From positions 27,031,360 through 27,095,359 of the forward strand of contig NC_043019.1 of the NCBI RefSeq assembly GCF_006345805.1: a DNA stretch of 64,000 nt, given 5' to 3'. Every line of letters starts with the position of its first letter. Position 1 is the stretch's first letter. The DNA is from Octopus sinensis. Lineage: Eukaryota. A program made the position numbers and the translations under genes. Positions 14,156 through 26,108 of the stretch are shown one piece after another. Under the pieces are notes generated by a model. That model searched no databases, was not told where the DNA came from, and saw nothing but the letters and a program-made list of their open reading frames with translations.

Positions 14156-15011
14156 TACTCTGTGCGTACACATATGTTTCTGTATTTGTGTGTGGTGTGT
14201 GTTGTGCGCGCGTGTGTGTGTTTGTGTGTGTGCCTGCGTGTGTGTGTGTGACGGAAGAAAGTGAGAGAATGTATAAACACAAAACTAGTCTCACTGAAAT
14301 AACAACAGTCAGCGTTTAATTGAAAAAAGACTTACAACGGAAAAAAAAAATAAAGAATGGTATGGAAGATGGAGTCGGAGTGGAAAATGTGTGGGAGTAG
14401 GAGGAATTGCAAAATGGCTGACTAAAGATGGAAAGAGGTGGGGGCGTGGCGAATAATTTCCGGAGTCTATATTCTTCCAGTCCTCACTAATGATCCATCT
14501 CACTTCTCACCTACATCTGTGTCTATCTCTATTCATCAGTGTTGCCAATTTAGAGTCTTTGAGGTTAGAATCTTGCTCTCTTCTTAAAAAATACATTTAG
14601 CTCCAGTTTGAATAATTTGGTTTTGTTTTGGCATTTCTACGTCCGTTCCTGTAAGCCATAAAATATCTATTGTTCGTAACGAGTCTGAACATGTTCAATT
14701 ACTGTGTAAGCAGAGTTCTGTTGGTGCCTTGGCTTCCGGTCTCTTGGCGTGCGCAGCATTTTTGCTAAGATCCTAGTTTCACTTTGAACGTAATGTTTTT
14801 CAGTTTGTCCAGCTGTTTCTGATGCAGAAGTACGCTTCTGGTTTGCAATTAAAGTGGACATTTTTATATATTCGAAGTGTGTGTGTGTGTGTATGTGTGT
14901 GTGTGGTGTGTGTGTGTGTTTGTGAAATAAATAACCGTTTATGAGACAGGGCAATTTCTGGCAGGAAGAGAACAAGAGCTCTTAAGGTAATGACAGAAGC
15001 AGCTGAAAAGA

Positions 15012-15355
15012 GTTCCAACCGAATCTGGTGACCGAGGAACGGAAGGGAATTTCAGAGGGTATAATTTACCTTACAGTCACTGACATCTTATATTGAATTG
15101 ATTAAAAGAAAAACCCAAGGTTGCTTGGCTGTGGGGTACCTGAACCCTCCATTAGGGTTGCAATGTAGATAATAGAACGGAATGTTCCAACCGGATCTGG
15201 TGACGGAGGAATGGAAGGGAATTTCAGAGGGCACAATTTACCCTATAGTCAACTGACGTTTTATATTGAACTGCTTATAAAACCCAAGGTTGCTTGGCTC
15301 TGGGGTACCTCAACCATCCAGGAAGGTTGCAATGTAAGATGATAGAACAGAATGT
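15012..15355. repeat. Diverged tandem duplication with a unit of about 172 bp
   Basis: GTTCCAACCG(A/G)ATCTGGTGAC..GGAAGGGAATTTCAGAGGG..AACCCAAGGTTGCTTGGCT.TGGGGTACCT starts at 15012 and again at 15184. Confidence 0.85.
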
Positions 15356-15558
15356 GACAGTAGCGAAGAAACCAGAAATCAAGATCTGGATGCAGCCAGG
15401 CTCCTTTAAAGTGTAAAGTGTTAAGGGACGAAATACTTGCACGAAGGGATTCTTTTTCCCTGAAGACGTTTTGCTCTTAACCTCTCCCTAGAAGTTTTTT
15501 TTAACGAAGGGTTTATGGGTTAATTAAGATTTTTTGTAAGAAAATTATAAAGAAGGAA

Positions 15559-15778
15559 ATGTGTGGCTATGAAGCAAGAAGTTGGCTTCCCAGCCACATG
15601 GTTCCGGGTTCAGTCCAACTGCGTGGCACCTTGAGCAAGTGTCTTCTACTACAGCCTCGGCCAGACCAATGCTTGGTGAGTGGATTTGATAGAATTTGCA
15701 CTCAGAACGTAACGGCAGACGAAATACCGCTAAGAATTTCGCCCGGCGTGCTAACGTTTCTGCCAGCTCGCCGCCTTA
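15559..15778. mobile_element. SINE A 5' part (+) fused to SINE B 5' part (-)
   Basis: Family A head runs to about 15690, then the reverse complement of the family B head ends GCCAGCTCGCCGCC. Confidence 0.75.
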
Positions 15779-16272
15779 CTGAGCCAGGGATATTGACAGG
15801 GAGACACAATAAGGGGAACGAGATGGATAGAAAGATAGAGAGGTGCGTTGTGGATGGAAGGAGAATGAAGATGTCAGTTTGCAAGGTGAAAGCATTTGAT
15901 AAAACTTTTGGTGCCAGACAAGACTTGAATATTTCAAGTGCTCCGTGTGACAACCTGACACAGGGCAGAAAGAACAGCTTGCAGATTAGTAGAAATATTT
16001 AATAGTCCATATAAGACATATCAAGACAAACACACACACGCAGACACACACACACACACACGCACACACACACACATACACTCATGTGCGTACGCACGCA
16101 CGTACACACACTTGCATACACACATGCACAAGCATACCTATAGACACACCACACATACACATATGCCTTCTGCTACGAAGTTGTAGTTTTGCACACACAT
16201 GTATATTATGTATATATATATATATTATATTAATTTATATATATATATATTATATATATATATGTGTATATA

Positions 16273-16336
<64 letters not shown>

Positions 16337-16437
16337 CATACATACACACATTTATATATATATAAAATTATATATAACAATGTATGTGTATATATCGTTA
16401 CATCTGTTGCGTTTGTGTGTGTATACATACATTACAC

Positions 16438-16469
<32 letters not shown>

Positions 16470-17031
16470 GTATATAATATATGTATTATATATATATATA
16501 TATATATGTTATATATATATACATGCACATATGTATACAAAACATACACACACGCACACACACATACATACACACACAGTGACATACATACACATACACA
16601 CGGAAAGGCCTTGTAGAACCTCGCTGAGATAATCTTTACGGTCAAAGAAGTTTGCCTTCTGATATGGCTGCCACTCTGCTCTGCTACGTTGCAGACGTCA
16701 CCGAAATGCAATTGGTTTAATGTAATTAGCAAGCTTATCTCTAATGGAGGATATTAAACATGGTACAGCTTCATAATGACTGACTTCTTTCCGCGAATCA
16801 ACCTATAGCTGCATGCATATATATACATAAGTACATTTAAGTATGTATATATAAATGTATACGATTTTAAAATATGAATATGTTGTCTATTGACTATTTA
16901 AACATGCTAGGCCACTGATGGTGATATTTATAACGAATATTCGCTACTCTATAGATATATCTTATGTATACACACACACACACACACCCCATATATATAT
17001 ATATATATATACACACACAAACACGCACACA

Positions 17032-17106
<75 letters not shown>

Positions 17107-17617
17107 AACAAACGCAATAGAAGACAACAAAACTTTCGACAGACGATACAAAGGTGGACAGGAGAAACAACAGTCAGGTCATTCGTGGCCTTGTTTCCTC
17201 AGTCAAATACCAGAAGTCATAACTGTTTCGAGCAGTTATACTTGAGACAGTTCGAGAGAAAATATTTGTGGACACTTATTTAATTTGTAAACTATAAATA
17301 GTTTATTACAAATAAAATTTAAATGAACATAAATTAACATAAAATAGGCATAAAAAGTGCCTACACATGTTTCAATCTTGCCTCTAAATAAACAGTTCTT
17401 CGGATCCGCAGGATTCGAACCATGTTAAGAGTTTTAGATGTAAAAAAATAACACAATGTGATCAGATATCTTCGGGGCAACCTCGTGCAAAAGGCTAATG
17501 CTTACATATTTTTTCACAGGAATTCTAGTTGGTGGTAAAGAACTTACTATATATATACATATGTGTGTGTGTGATGTGTGTGTGTGTGTGTATATATATA
17601 TATGGTGATGGTGGTGA

Positions 17618-17940
17618 CCCCCCTCGGTCAGACACTGACCATGGGTTTGCACCTAGAGAGTTACCCTCTGAGGCACAAGTCTGGGCAAGGTTGTTTTATG
17701 GAAGACCAGCAGTCGCCCATGCATACCGGCCTCCCCTCTCCACGTCACCGATGTTGTCCAAGGGAAAGGCAAAGGCCGATACAGCTTGTCACCTGTGACG
17801 TCGCAACTCATTTCTACAGCTGAGTGGACTGGAGCAACGTGAAATAAAGTGTCTTGCTCAAGAACACAACACGCAGCCCGGTCCGGGATCCGAGCTCACA
17901 ACCTCACAATCGTAAGCCGACGCTCTAACCACTGAGCCAT
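17618..17940 (-). mobile_element. SINE family C, tail variant 1
   Basis: Reverse-strand tRNA head (ctaaccactgagccat) and CORE-like gtgtcttgctcaag; the tail is shared with 25808-26108. Confidence 0.8.
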
Positions 17941-18037
17941 ATATATGTATATATATGTATGTCTATATATATATATATATATAATTCTATATATATAATA
18001 TATATAATATATATATATGTATATATATGTATGTATG

Positions 18038-18081
<44 letters not shown>

Positions 18082-18100
18082 ATATATACATATATAGTAT

Positions 18101-18131
<31 letters not shown>

Positions 18132-18183
18132 CATATAATATATATATATATTAATATATATATTATATAATATACATACTATA

Positions 18184-18420
18184 CATGGCTTAGTGGTTAG
18201 GGTGTTGCACTCATGATTGCGAGATCTTACGTTCGATTCCCAGACCAGGCGTTGTGTTGTGTTCTGGAGCAAATCACTTAATTTCACGTCGCTCTGCGAC
18301 ATGTGTAAGGAGTGAGCTTATGTCTACACAAACATTTGGTCACTATAAATACATCTTCTGTGTGGTTGTTCAGCAAGAACTTGCCGAACACTCAGACATC
18401 GTCTAACGACGGGAGAGACC
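18184..18420 (+). mobile_element. SINE family C, tail variant 3
   Basis: CATGGCTTAGTGGTTAGGG...GTTCGATTCCC head; the tail is homologous to 4972-5215. Confidence 0.7.
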
Positions 18421-18745
18421 GTGATACACATTTATACATTTATATCGGTATATACATCTATGCGTGTCTACATGTATACATACATAATATACAAATACAA
18501 ATATTTTTTATTTAAATATGTTTATATATGCTAATATGCTTATACATAAGTGTATATAGGTAAATACACAAATATATTGTAAATGGTCCAGAAGCACTCA
18601 AGCAAACTGAGTCCTCATCTTGTTCCCTTCGTTGAAAGATTTGCAAGGCACCAGCTGGCCTCAAGAGACACGTGCGCGTCCATAGGAAGTGATTATTGCT
18701 TTATTTTACTGAATTCCTTGTTTGTCCATCATCATCATCATCGTC

Positions 18746-18809
<64 letters not shown>

Positions 18810-18829
18810 CATTCATCATCATCACCATG

Positions 18830-18861
<32 letters not shown>

Positions 18862-18873
18862 CTCCTGTCGACA

Positions 18874-19232
18874 TAAATCAAAGTGGTGGTGGTGGTGGTG
18901 GTGGGGACAGATTTTCGTAGGTCAAGTTCCCTTATCGTGTGAATACAAAATACATTAAAAAAAAAAAAATTCATCGAAATATTAGGTTTCAAGCGCTCCT
19001 GTATTACAATCCAAAGAAAAGCAGTAGTACAAAATCATACGATCGTTTCGGAGAATTCGCCCAATACAAACGCATTCTCCGAAACGATCGTAAGATTTTG
19101 TACTACTGCTTTTTTTTTTGGATTCTAATACAGGAGCGCTTGAAACGTAATATTTCGATGAACTTTTATGTATTTTGTATTCCCACGATAAGGGAACTTG
19201 ACCCACGAAAATCTGTCTCCCACTTTGATTTA
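18874..19232. mobile_element. Foldback (fully palindromic) element
   Basis: Arms of about 160-180 bp are reverse complements around a 17-nt loop (19057-19073); the ends read TAAATCAAAGTGG / CCACTTTGATTTA. Confidence 0.85.
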
Positions 19233-19305
19233 AGTAATATTTTGCTTATATAGATCACTAATTAGGTGTGCTGCAGCAAAGTTTTCCTTTTTTCTTATTA
19301 TATGC

Positions 19306-19370
<65 letters not shown>

Positions 19371-19373
<3 letters not shown>

Positions 19374-19696
19374 CTATACAATATGTTACATTACTCGGTA
19401 GTCAAGATAAAACTCTGAGTTTCAGATGCCGAAGTGGAAATCCACAACACCATCTCTTCGGTTATCTGGTTTTGAAAACGTTATGAAAAAATACCGTTAA
19501 ATAAAGGAAATTACTCTATTATAACTCTGCTTGCCTGCGTACTTATACATCGCTCGCATTTTTCGTCATAAAAATTATATAAAAATCATAAAAAATAGCC
19601 AGATAACCGAAGAGATGGTGTTGTGGATTTTCACTTCGGCATGTGAAACTCAGAGTTTTATCTTGACTACCGAGTAATGTACATATTGTATAGATA
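19371..19696. mobile_element. MITE with about 100-bp terminal inverted repeats
   Basis: 19371-19469 is the reverse complement of 19599-19696 with few mismatches. Confidence 0.85.
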
Positions 19697-19755
19697 AATT
19701 CCTCTATTTACATAATATTGAGGTCTCTTTCTTTCTTTTGTTATTACCGTGTTAT

Positions 19756-19797
<42 letters not shown>

Positions 19798-20018
19798 TAT
19801 ATATATGTATATATATATATATGTATGTATGTAGGATGTATGTATGATGTATGTATGTATGTATGTATGTATGTATGTATGTATATGTATGTATGCATGT
19901 ATGTATGTATGTGTGTGTGATGTATGTATGTGTGTGTGTATGATGTATGTATGTATGTATGTATATATATATCTATATATCTATATCTATATATCTATCT
20001 ATCTATATATCTATCTAG

Positions 20019-20050
<32 letters not shown>

Positions 20051-20107
20051 ATATAGATATATATGCATACATACATACATACATACATATACATACATTA
20101 CATACAT

Positions 20108-20143
<36 letters not shown>

Positions 20144-20716
20144 TATATAATATATATATATATATATATAATATGTACTTTTGTTAAAGCTGCAAAATGA
20201 CCATAAAACGCTTACTCGGGGGTTTCACGTTTCACCTTGTTTTGCATTTATGTTCTTACTTGTGAGTGTGTATATTTATTTACATGTGTATATATACATA
20301 CACACACACACATACAAAAACACACACACAAGTACAAACACACGCACACACACGCAGTGAATTCGAGGATGTCAAGCCCTCATTAGGGATGAAATAATCC
20401 CAAAATTTCACTGGCTAATCACTCTCATATAAGAAGGTCTCGACGATATATTAGGGATTGTTATGGTAATATTTATTGTTAATAATGAAAGAAAGAAAAT
20501 AGAGATTAATGGCTGTATAATTAATTAATTTGCATCATATGTAGGTGAAAGTTTTTTTTATATATAACAATAGAAATAAATTATAAAGCTTAATTTATTT
20601 TTTTGAGCTTTATAATTTATCATTTATTTGTATTGTTTTTTATAAAAAACTTTCAATCTCTTATATAAATAAATGAATTATACATCCATAATTCTCCAAT
20701 TTCTTTCTTTCATTAC

Positions 20717-20785
<69 letters not shown>

Positions 20786-20834
20786 GGTATATATATATAT
20801 ATATATATATATGTTCATATATATGTATATATTC

Positions 20835-20920
20835 ATATACATGCTGGACTAAAGGCGGTGCTCCAGCATGGCCACAGTCACATGACTGAAGCAAGTAAAA
20901 GAGTAAAGAGTAAAGAGTAT
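20835..20920 (+). mobile_element. SINE family A 3' tail fragment
   Basis: GACTAAAGGCGGTGCTCCAGCATGGCC...GTAAAAGAGTAAAGAGT. Confidence 0.75.
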
Positions 20921-22199
20921 ATATTTCTATGCATTTTTCTACCTGTATAAGTATGTACTCTATATTCTATGTATGTATACTCCACAGTATCTGGTCCTCT
21001 GTGTTAGACCTATTAGTATACTCACAACTACTCGCTCTTTTCTCTCTCTTACCCTATATGTGTGTATGTTTACGCATAGATACATACATGCTTACACACA
21101 CAAACACGCAACACCCACATATGCGTCACGTTTCAACCAAATATTGAATTAACGAGCTCTTATTGCATTACATTCCCTATAAACTCTTTTAACCCGTGTT
21201 TTCCCCTCTATAATATCTCGCAAACAACATGGCTTCGTCCATCTGCAAGATATCGTCTGGATCAAAATTAATCTTGCTTCCTTTCGAGAAAGAAAGAAAA
21301 AAGAACGAAAACAAAAGTAAAAAGCAAACTTATCTAAATAGATCAGTTTATCTAAATACATCACCTTTTATTCAATCATTTTAAATTCAGCAAATTTCGT
21401 CTAGATTATAAAAATATATAAAAATAACTGCCGACTTAAAACTCATAAATGTCCACCATATTTGAATGTCGATGAGTTTTCAGTTACGCGGAAGATTTAA
21501 TCTGTTGATAAAATGTTATTTGTATACGTATATTTGTTATGCGTTTATCTTCATCCATCGGCATTTATCTAATTATTCAATTTAAACCTAATGAAATTTC
21601 ATTTAGATTTCGAATTGGATTAACTGAATTGGATTTCGTGATAGGAAATTAGATACTAAATAAAAAAATATTCAAATTTTTATATCATCCATGGGTCACA
21701 GCTGTTTATAAAGAGTTGGCTACGTGGCTGTTGGTTTCACTGGTATGTGTTGATAATATATGTATATATACATATATAAGTGTTGATAATTGAGCCATCC
21801 CTTACTGATGAGGGTTGTTAGAAATACAAAAGAACAAAAACGAAGTTGATCATGAGAGTAAAAGTACTGAAAGTCTCAGTCAAATGACTGAAACATTTAA
21901 CAAAGTAAAAGACTAATATATGAGGTAAACATTATCTGGTTTAATCCACCGTGTAACAAGACTATTATAACCGATACAGCAAACGAGTTTCTTTCCTTAA
22001 GCAACAAGCATTGCTGTTCCCTACTAGACTTCGTACTCCGAGTTGCATACATTTTTGCTACACTTCCACAGTGTGAAAGTTAATGTCTTTGGCGCCTGAA
22101 GAGACGTGTAAAATCGATGAATTCGATGATCAGATTCTAATGATTATGTAAACTCAACACTACATATGAAGGACTATATATATACATACATACATACAT

Positions 22200-22269
<70 letters not shown>

Positions 22270-22449
22270 ATATATATATTATATATATATATATATATGT
22301 ATATGTATATATATATATAAAGATATATATTATGTATATACAAGCCCATTCATGTGTGTGAGTATGCGCGTGCATGTACGTATGCGTATGCGCGTGTGCA
22401 TGTGCATGTTTTCGCATTGTACGTTGCTTAAATTATTTTATTAGGTGTT

Positions 22450-22481
22450 GTGTTTTTATCTCTATTTCTGTCTAATTTCAG
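22450..22481 (+). promoter_or_regulatory. 3' splice acceptor of a 5'-UTR intron of HS3ST-like gene 1
   Basis: Pyrimidine tract ending TGTCTAATTTCAG|AAA, with AG at 22480-22481, 42 nt upstream of the ATG. The same motif lies at the homologous position in gene 2. Confidence 0.75.
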
Positions 22482-22523
22482 AAAATCTACATTAGCTACC
22501 TGCTTTCACGTTTGTGGAGTATC

Positions 22524-23450
22524 ATGAAATTTCGATATGGAAGCATCTATATTTGGCCGATAGCCATCGTATTTTGTAACCTGTTGGTTATATTATCCTA
22601 TTATGCTCTAGCGATTTCGAAGGTCAAAATGACTCCGACCTACATGAACCAGAAAATCATGAACTGTGATGCGAAGCGACGACTACCCAGCTGTATTATT
22701 ATAGGTACACCGAAGTCGGGTACGAAAGCATTACTTGAGTTTATTGGGGTACATCCATCTGTTGTCGTTGCCGAGGGAGAACCGAAATTTTTCCACAGGG
22801 AGGATAACTTCCAGAAAGGGATGAATTACTACTTGGAGAAAATGCCTCTGTCTTGTCCTGATCAAATCACTATAGAAAAATCACCGGAATATTTCTACAG
22901 TGACAAAGCACCGGTTCGGATAAAAAAAATGAACAAAACTATCAAGTTGATTTTGATTGTTAAAAATCCCGTGGATCGTTCTATATCGGAATACATCCAC
23001 CGACGATACTACCACAACATAAAGGAGGCAAAACACACCTTTGAAGAGCTTGTTTACGATGATAAAACCGACAAACTCAAGACGTCATATTACCCGATTA
23101 TGAGATCACTTTACTCTCGATATGTCATTCGCTGGCTGCAACATTTCCCCTTAAACCAGATCCACGTGGCAGACGGTAGCAAACTGATTGTAGACCCATC
23201 AGAAGAGGTGCTCAAAGTTCAAGATTTTCTCGGTCTAAAGAGGGTGATTTCCAAGGACAACTTTATATATAATAACACCAGGGGATTCTACTGTTTGTTA
23301 ATAGACTCTGAATCGAAATGTTTGCCACCAAATAAGGGTCACCGAAACGTAAGCACAAGCAAGGTAATAGCAAAACAAATGGCTAAATACTTTAAACCAT
23401 ATAACGATATGTTTTTCCAGTTAATAAATAAAACTCTATCTTGGACTTAA
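22524..23450 (+). CDS. HS3ST: Heparan sulfate glucosamine 3-O-sulfotransferase-like protein (HS3ST1/HS3ST5-like), paralogue 1, 308 aa, type II Golgi membrane sulfotransferase
   Basis: Open ORF with an N-terminal hydrophobic anchor. Motifs: 5'-PSB loop IIIGTPKSGTKALLE, AEGEPKFF, ITIEKSPEYF, 3'-PB VKNPVDRSISEY, DGSKLIVDP, NNTRGFYCL..KCL..NKGH and terminal LSWT. The track's start at 22512 is a TTG; the first ATG is 22524. Family-level call only, orthology not established. Confidence 0.93.
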   Translation: MKFRYGSIYIWPIAIVFCNLLVILSYYALAISKVKMTPTYMNQKIMNCDAKRRLPSCIIIGTPKSGTKALLEFIGVHPSVVVAEGEPKFFHREDNFQKGMNYYLEKMPLSCPDQITIEKSPEYFYSDKAPVRIKKMNKTIKLILIVKNPVDRSISEYIHRRYYHNIKEAKHTFEELVYDDKTDKLKTSYYPIMRSLYSRYVIRWLQHFPLNQIHVADGSKLIVDPSEEVLKVQDFLGLKRVISKDNFIYNNTRGFYCLLIDSESKCLPPNKGHRNVSTSKVIAKQMAKYFKPYNDMFFQLINKTLSWT

Positions 23451-24157
23451 ATAAAATATATACAGCATGAAAACAAAACTAGAATCAGGTGAAAAAAAAT
23501 GAGAAAGCCAAGAAGAGCAACAAACACTTTAGCGAAAACAAAACAAATGAATAAATATAGACTATTTTTGAAATTATTTTCGTGTGTGTTGTTTTGATTA
23601 TGAAGGCGAAACTAAAGTAATGCGTTAGATGATGTATCTTATGTTCAAAATATACAGAACGTTTTTCGTTTTGTTTCCGAACAGCTTGCTGTACTCGAAG
23701 TATCTCTATTCCCTTAGCTAGATGGAAATAGGCACCAGATAGATTTATATGTAGAATACTTTTTTTCTATTTTTAGAAGAATAGGACCCTAATACTGCCG
23801 AATCACAACAGCTTATTGGAAGTCATTGAGGTTTGGATTCGGCAGAAGATAGCTTGTGACTGATAGATTTCTATGGAAAGTGTGGTTATTGACACAACCT
23901 TTCGAAAGAACGTGCGTAGGAACAGTAAGACCATATTTCGGTGGAAGTATAATGTTCTAAGCACAGAAGTGGTTGTTTGATCAAGGGATACATTTTGCAA
24001 GTACGTAGATCTGGGTTCGATTGCACAGCGCGGTACCTAGGTCAAGAGTCTGCTCTCAGAGACTCAAATAAATCAACAAATGAAGTTTGGTAAGTGGAAA
24101 CTGTAATGAAGTACCTCGAATATTCGTGTCTGGTTGTGTACATTTATACACACACAT

Positions 24158-24211
<54 letters not shown>

Positions 24212-24299
24212 GATATTTATTTCTCACTGATTCGATGATTCGAGTACTTTTTTTTATTGATTCTACCAATAACGGAACAGGAAACAGTATATATATATA

Positions 24300-24823
24300 C
24301 CGTAAATCTTCGAGTATAGTCCGCCCTTAAGTATAATACGCAGGGGATTTTTAGGAGGCTGTACCTCTGAAAAACCTAAACCTTGTGTATAATACGCACT
24401 CCTTCTCTAACTTGAGTCGTGCGTAATTAAGCCAGCAGCACCTAGTCGAACAAACACTTCCGCGCATGCGTAATACAATAATGGTGATGTTCTTAACTGT
24501 TATATGGGAGTGTAAATATGTTTGCAAATTGCTTTTGTTACATGTTATTCTGTGTTCTGAATACTTTTATTTTAATAGATGTTGCTTATTGCAAGTTATG
24601 ATGATTCTTTTATGACTTCATTGCTTTCAGGCTTAGCTTAAGGTATTTTTGCACCTGACATCACAAAATGTGTCAGAATAAACATTGCCGGGCAGCAAAT
24701 AGAGACTCGGACATTGCCTAGAAAATATTTTTCATCTTTAACCTCGTATATATAATACGCACTAGGGACTTTGACCTTTAAAATTTTGGGAAAAAAATGC
24801 GGTTTATACTCGAGGATTTACGA
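24300..24823. mobile_element. Tc1/pogo-type MITE flanked by TA
   Basis: TA|CCGTAAATCTTCGAGTATA ... TATACTCGAGGATTTACGA|TA, with internal repeats of GTATAATACGCA. Confidence 0.8.
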
Positions 24824-24829
24824 TATATG

Positions 24830-24913
<84 letters not shown>

Positions 24914-25290
24914 TATACTTATATATATATAGATATATATATATACATACGTATATACGAATGAGTAGACAAACGAAAGGAGGGCACTCAGCGTATTTAT
25001 TGGGAGTTATATGTATAGATCTAAACAGATTGATTCAGACTCCTTGCTCCTTGGTACTCAGAGTACCAAAGAGTCTGACTCGAACTGTGATGCAGCACGG
25101 ACTTTGTCAGTGAACAGGTCGCGGATTTTAGCGACGAAAATATTTTGACAAATTAAACTTAAATGTTGAAGTGAATCGAACGGCTTTTGTGTGTTTCTTA
25201 AATGGCTTATAAACACCTTCCACGCTGCAATTGTTTTCGTTTCAGCACACGATCTCAGATCAAATTACTTGCTATGCGAGTACATCTCCG

Positions 25291-25446
<156 letters not shown>

Positions 25447-25807
25447 GTATATATTTATGTATAATATATGTATATGTATATATATACGTATATATGTAAT
25501 ATATATATATGATACAGTGTTTATTAGAGATATCACACTGCACTTGTTACAATAAATCGTTTGTTTAAACTGCGACTGAAAAGATTAAAAGTTTTTTGCC
25601 ATCTCTAATAAAAACTATAATTCTAAATCCTTTTTATGCATTGCGTTGTTCCTTGAAGGAAATTTCTATTATCATTTCTAATATATCTTTATATTACATA
25701 TGTACCATGATCTCGTGTTTAAAATTATTGAAATTTACAGGAATTTCCTCGGGAGCGGATTTACAGGTCGTATCCCGAAACGGTAGATAACGTTTTATAG
25801 CTATACA

Positions 25808-26108
25808 TAATGACCATGGGATTGCACCTAGAAAGTTCCTCTCCGAGGCACAAGTCCGGGCATGGTTGTTTATGGAAGATCTGCGGTCAGCCGTGCTACC
25901 AGCCTCCCCTCTCCATGCCACTGATGTTACCCAAGGGAAAGGCAAAAGGGCCGATACAGCTTGGCACCAGTGACGTTGCAACTCATTTCTACAGTTGAGT
26001 GAACCGGAGCAACGTGAAATAAAGTGTCTTGCTCAAGTACACAACATACAGCCTGGTCTGGGAATCGAACCTACTACCTCAGAATTGTGAGTCCGACGCT
26101 CTAACCAC
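25808..26108 (-). mobile_element. SINE family C, tail variant 1
   Basis: Homologous to 17618-17940 along its length. Confidence 0.8.

Noticed and set aside
21707-21748. TATAAAG, Inr-like TTCACT and GTATGT donor as a promoter and first exon of gene 1
   Set aside because: The implied exon would be only about 4 nt, and no homologous arrangement was found upstream of gene 2.
21805-21825. CTGATGAG...GAAA hammerhead-like core
   Set aside because: No stem II or stem I pairing and no cleavage triplet in register.
22512-22523. TTG start given by the ORF track for gene 1
   Set aside because: In a eukaryotic context the first ATG at 22524 is positionally homologous to the gene 2 ATG at 41121.
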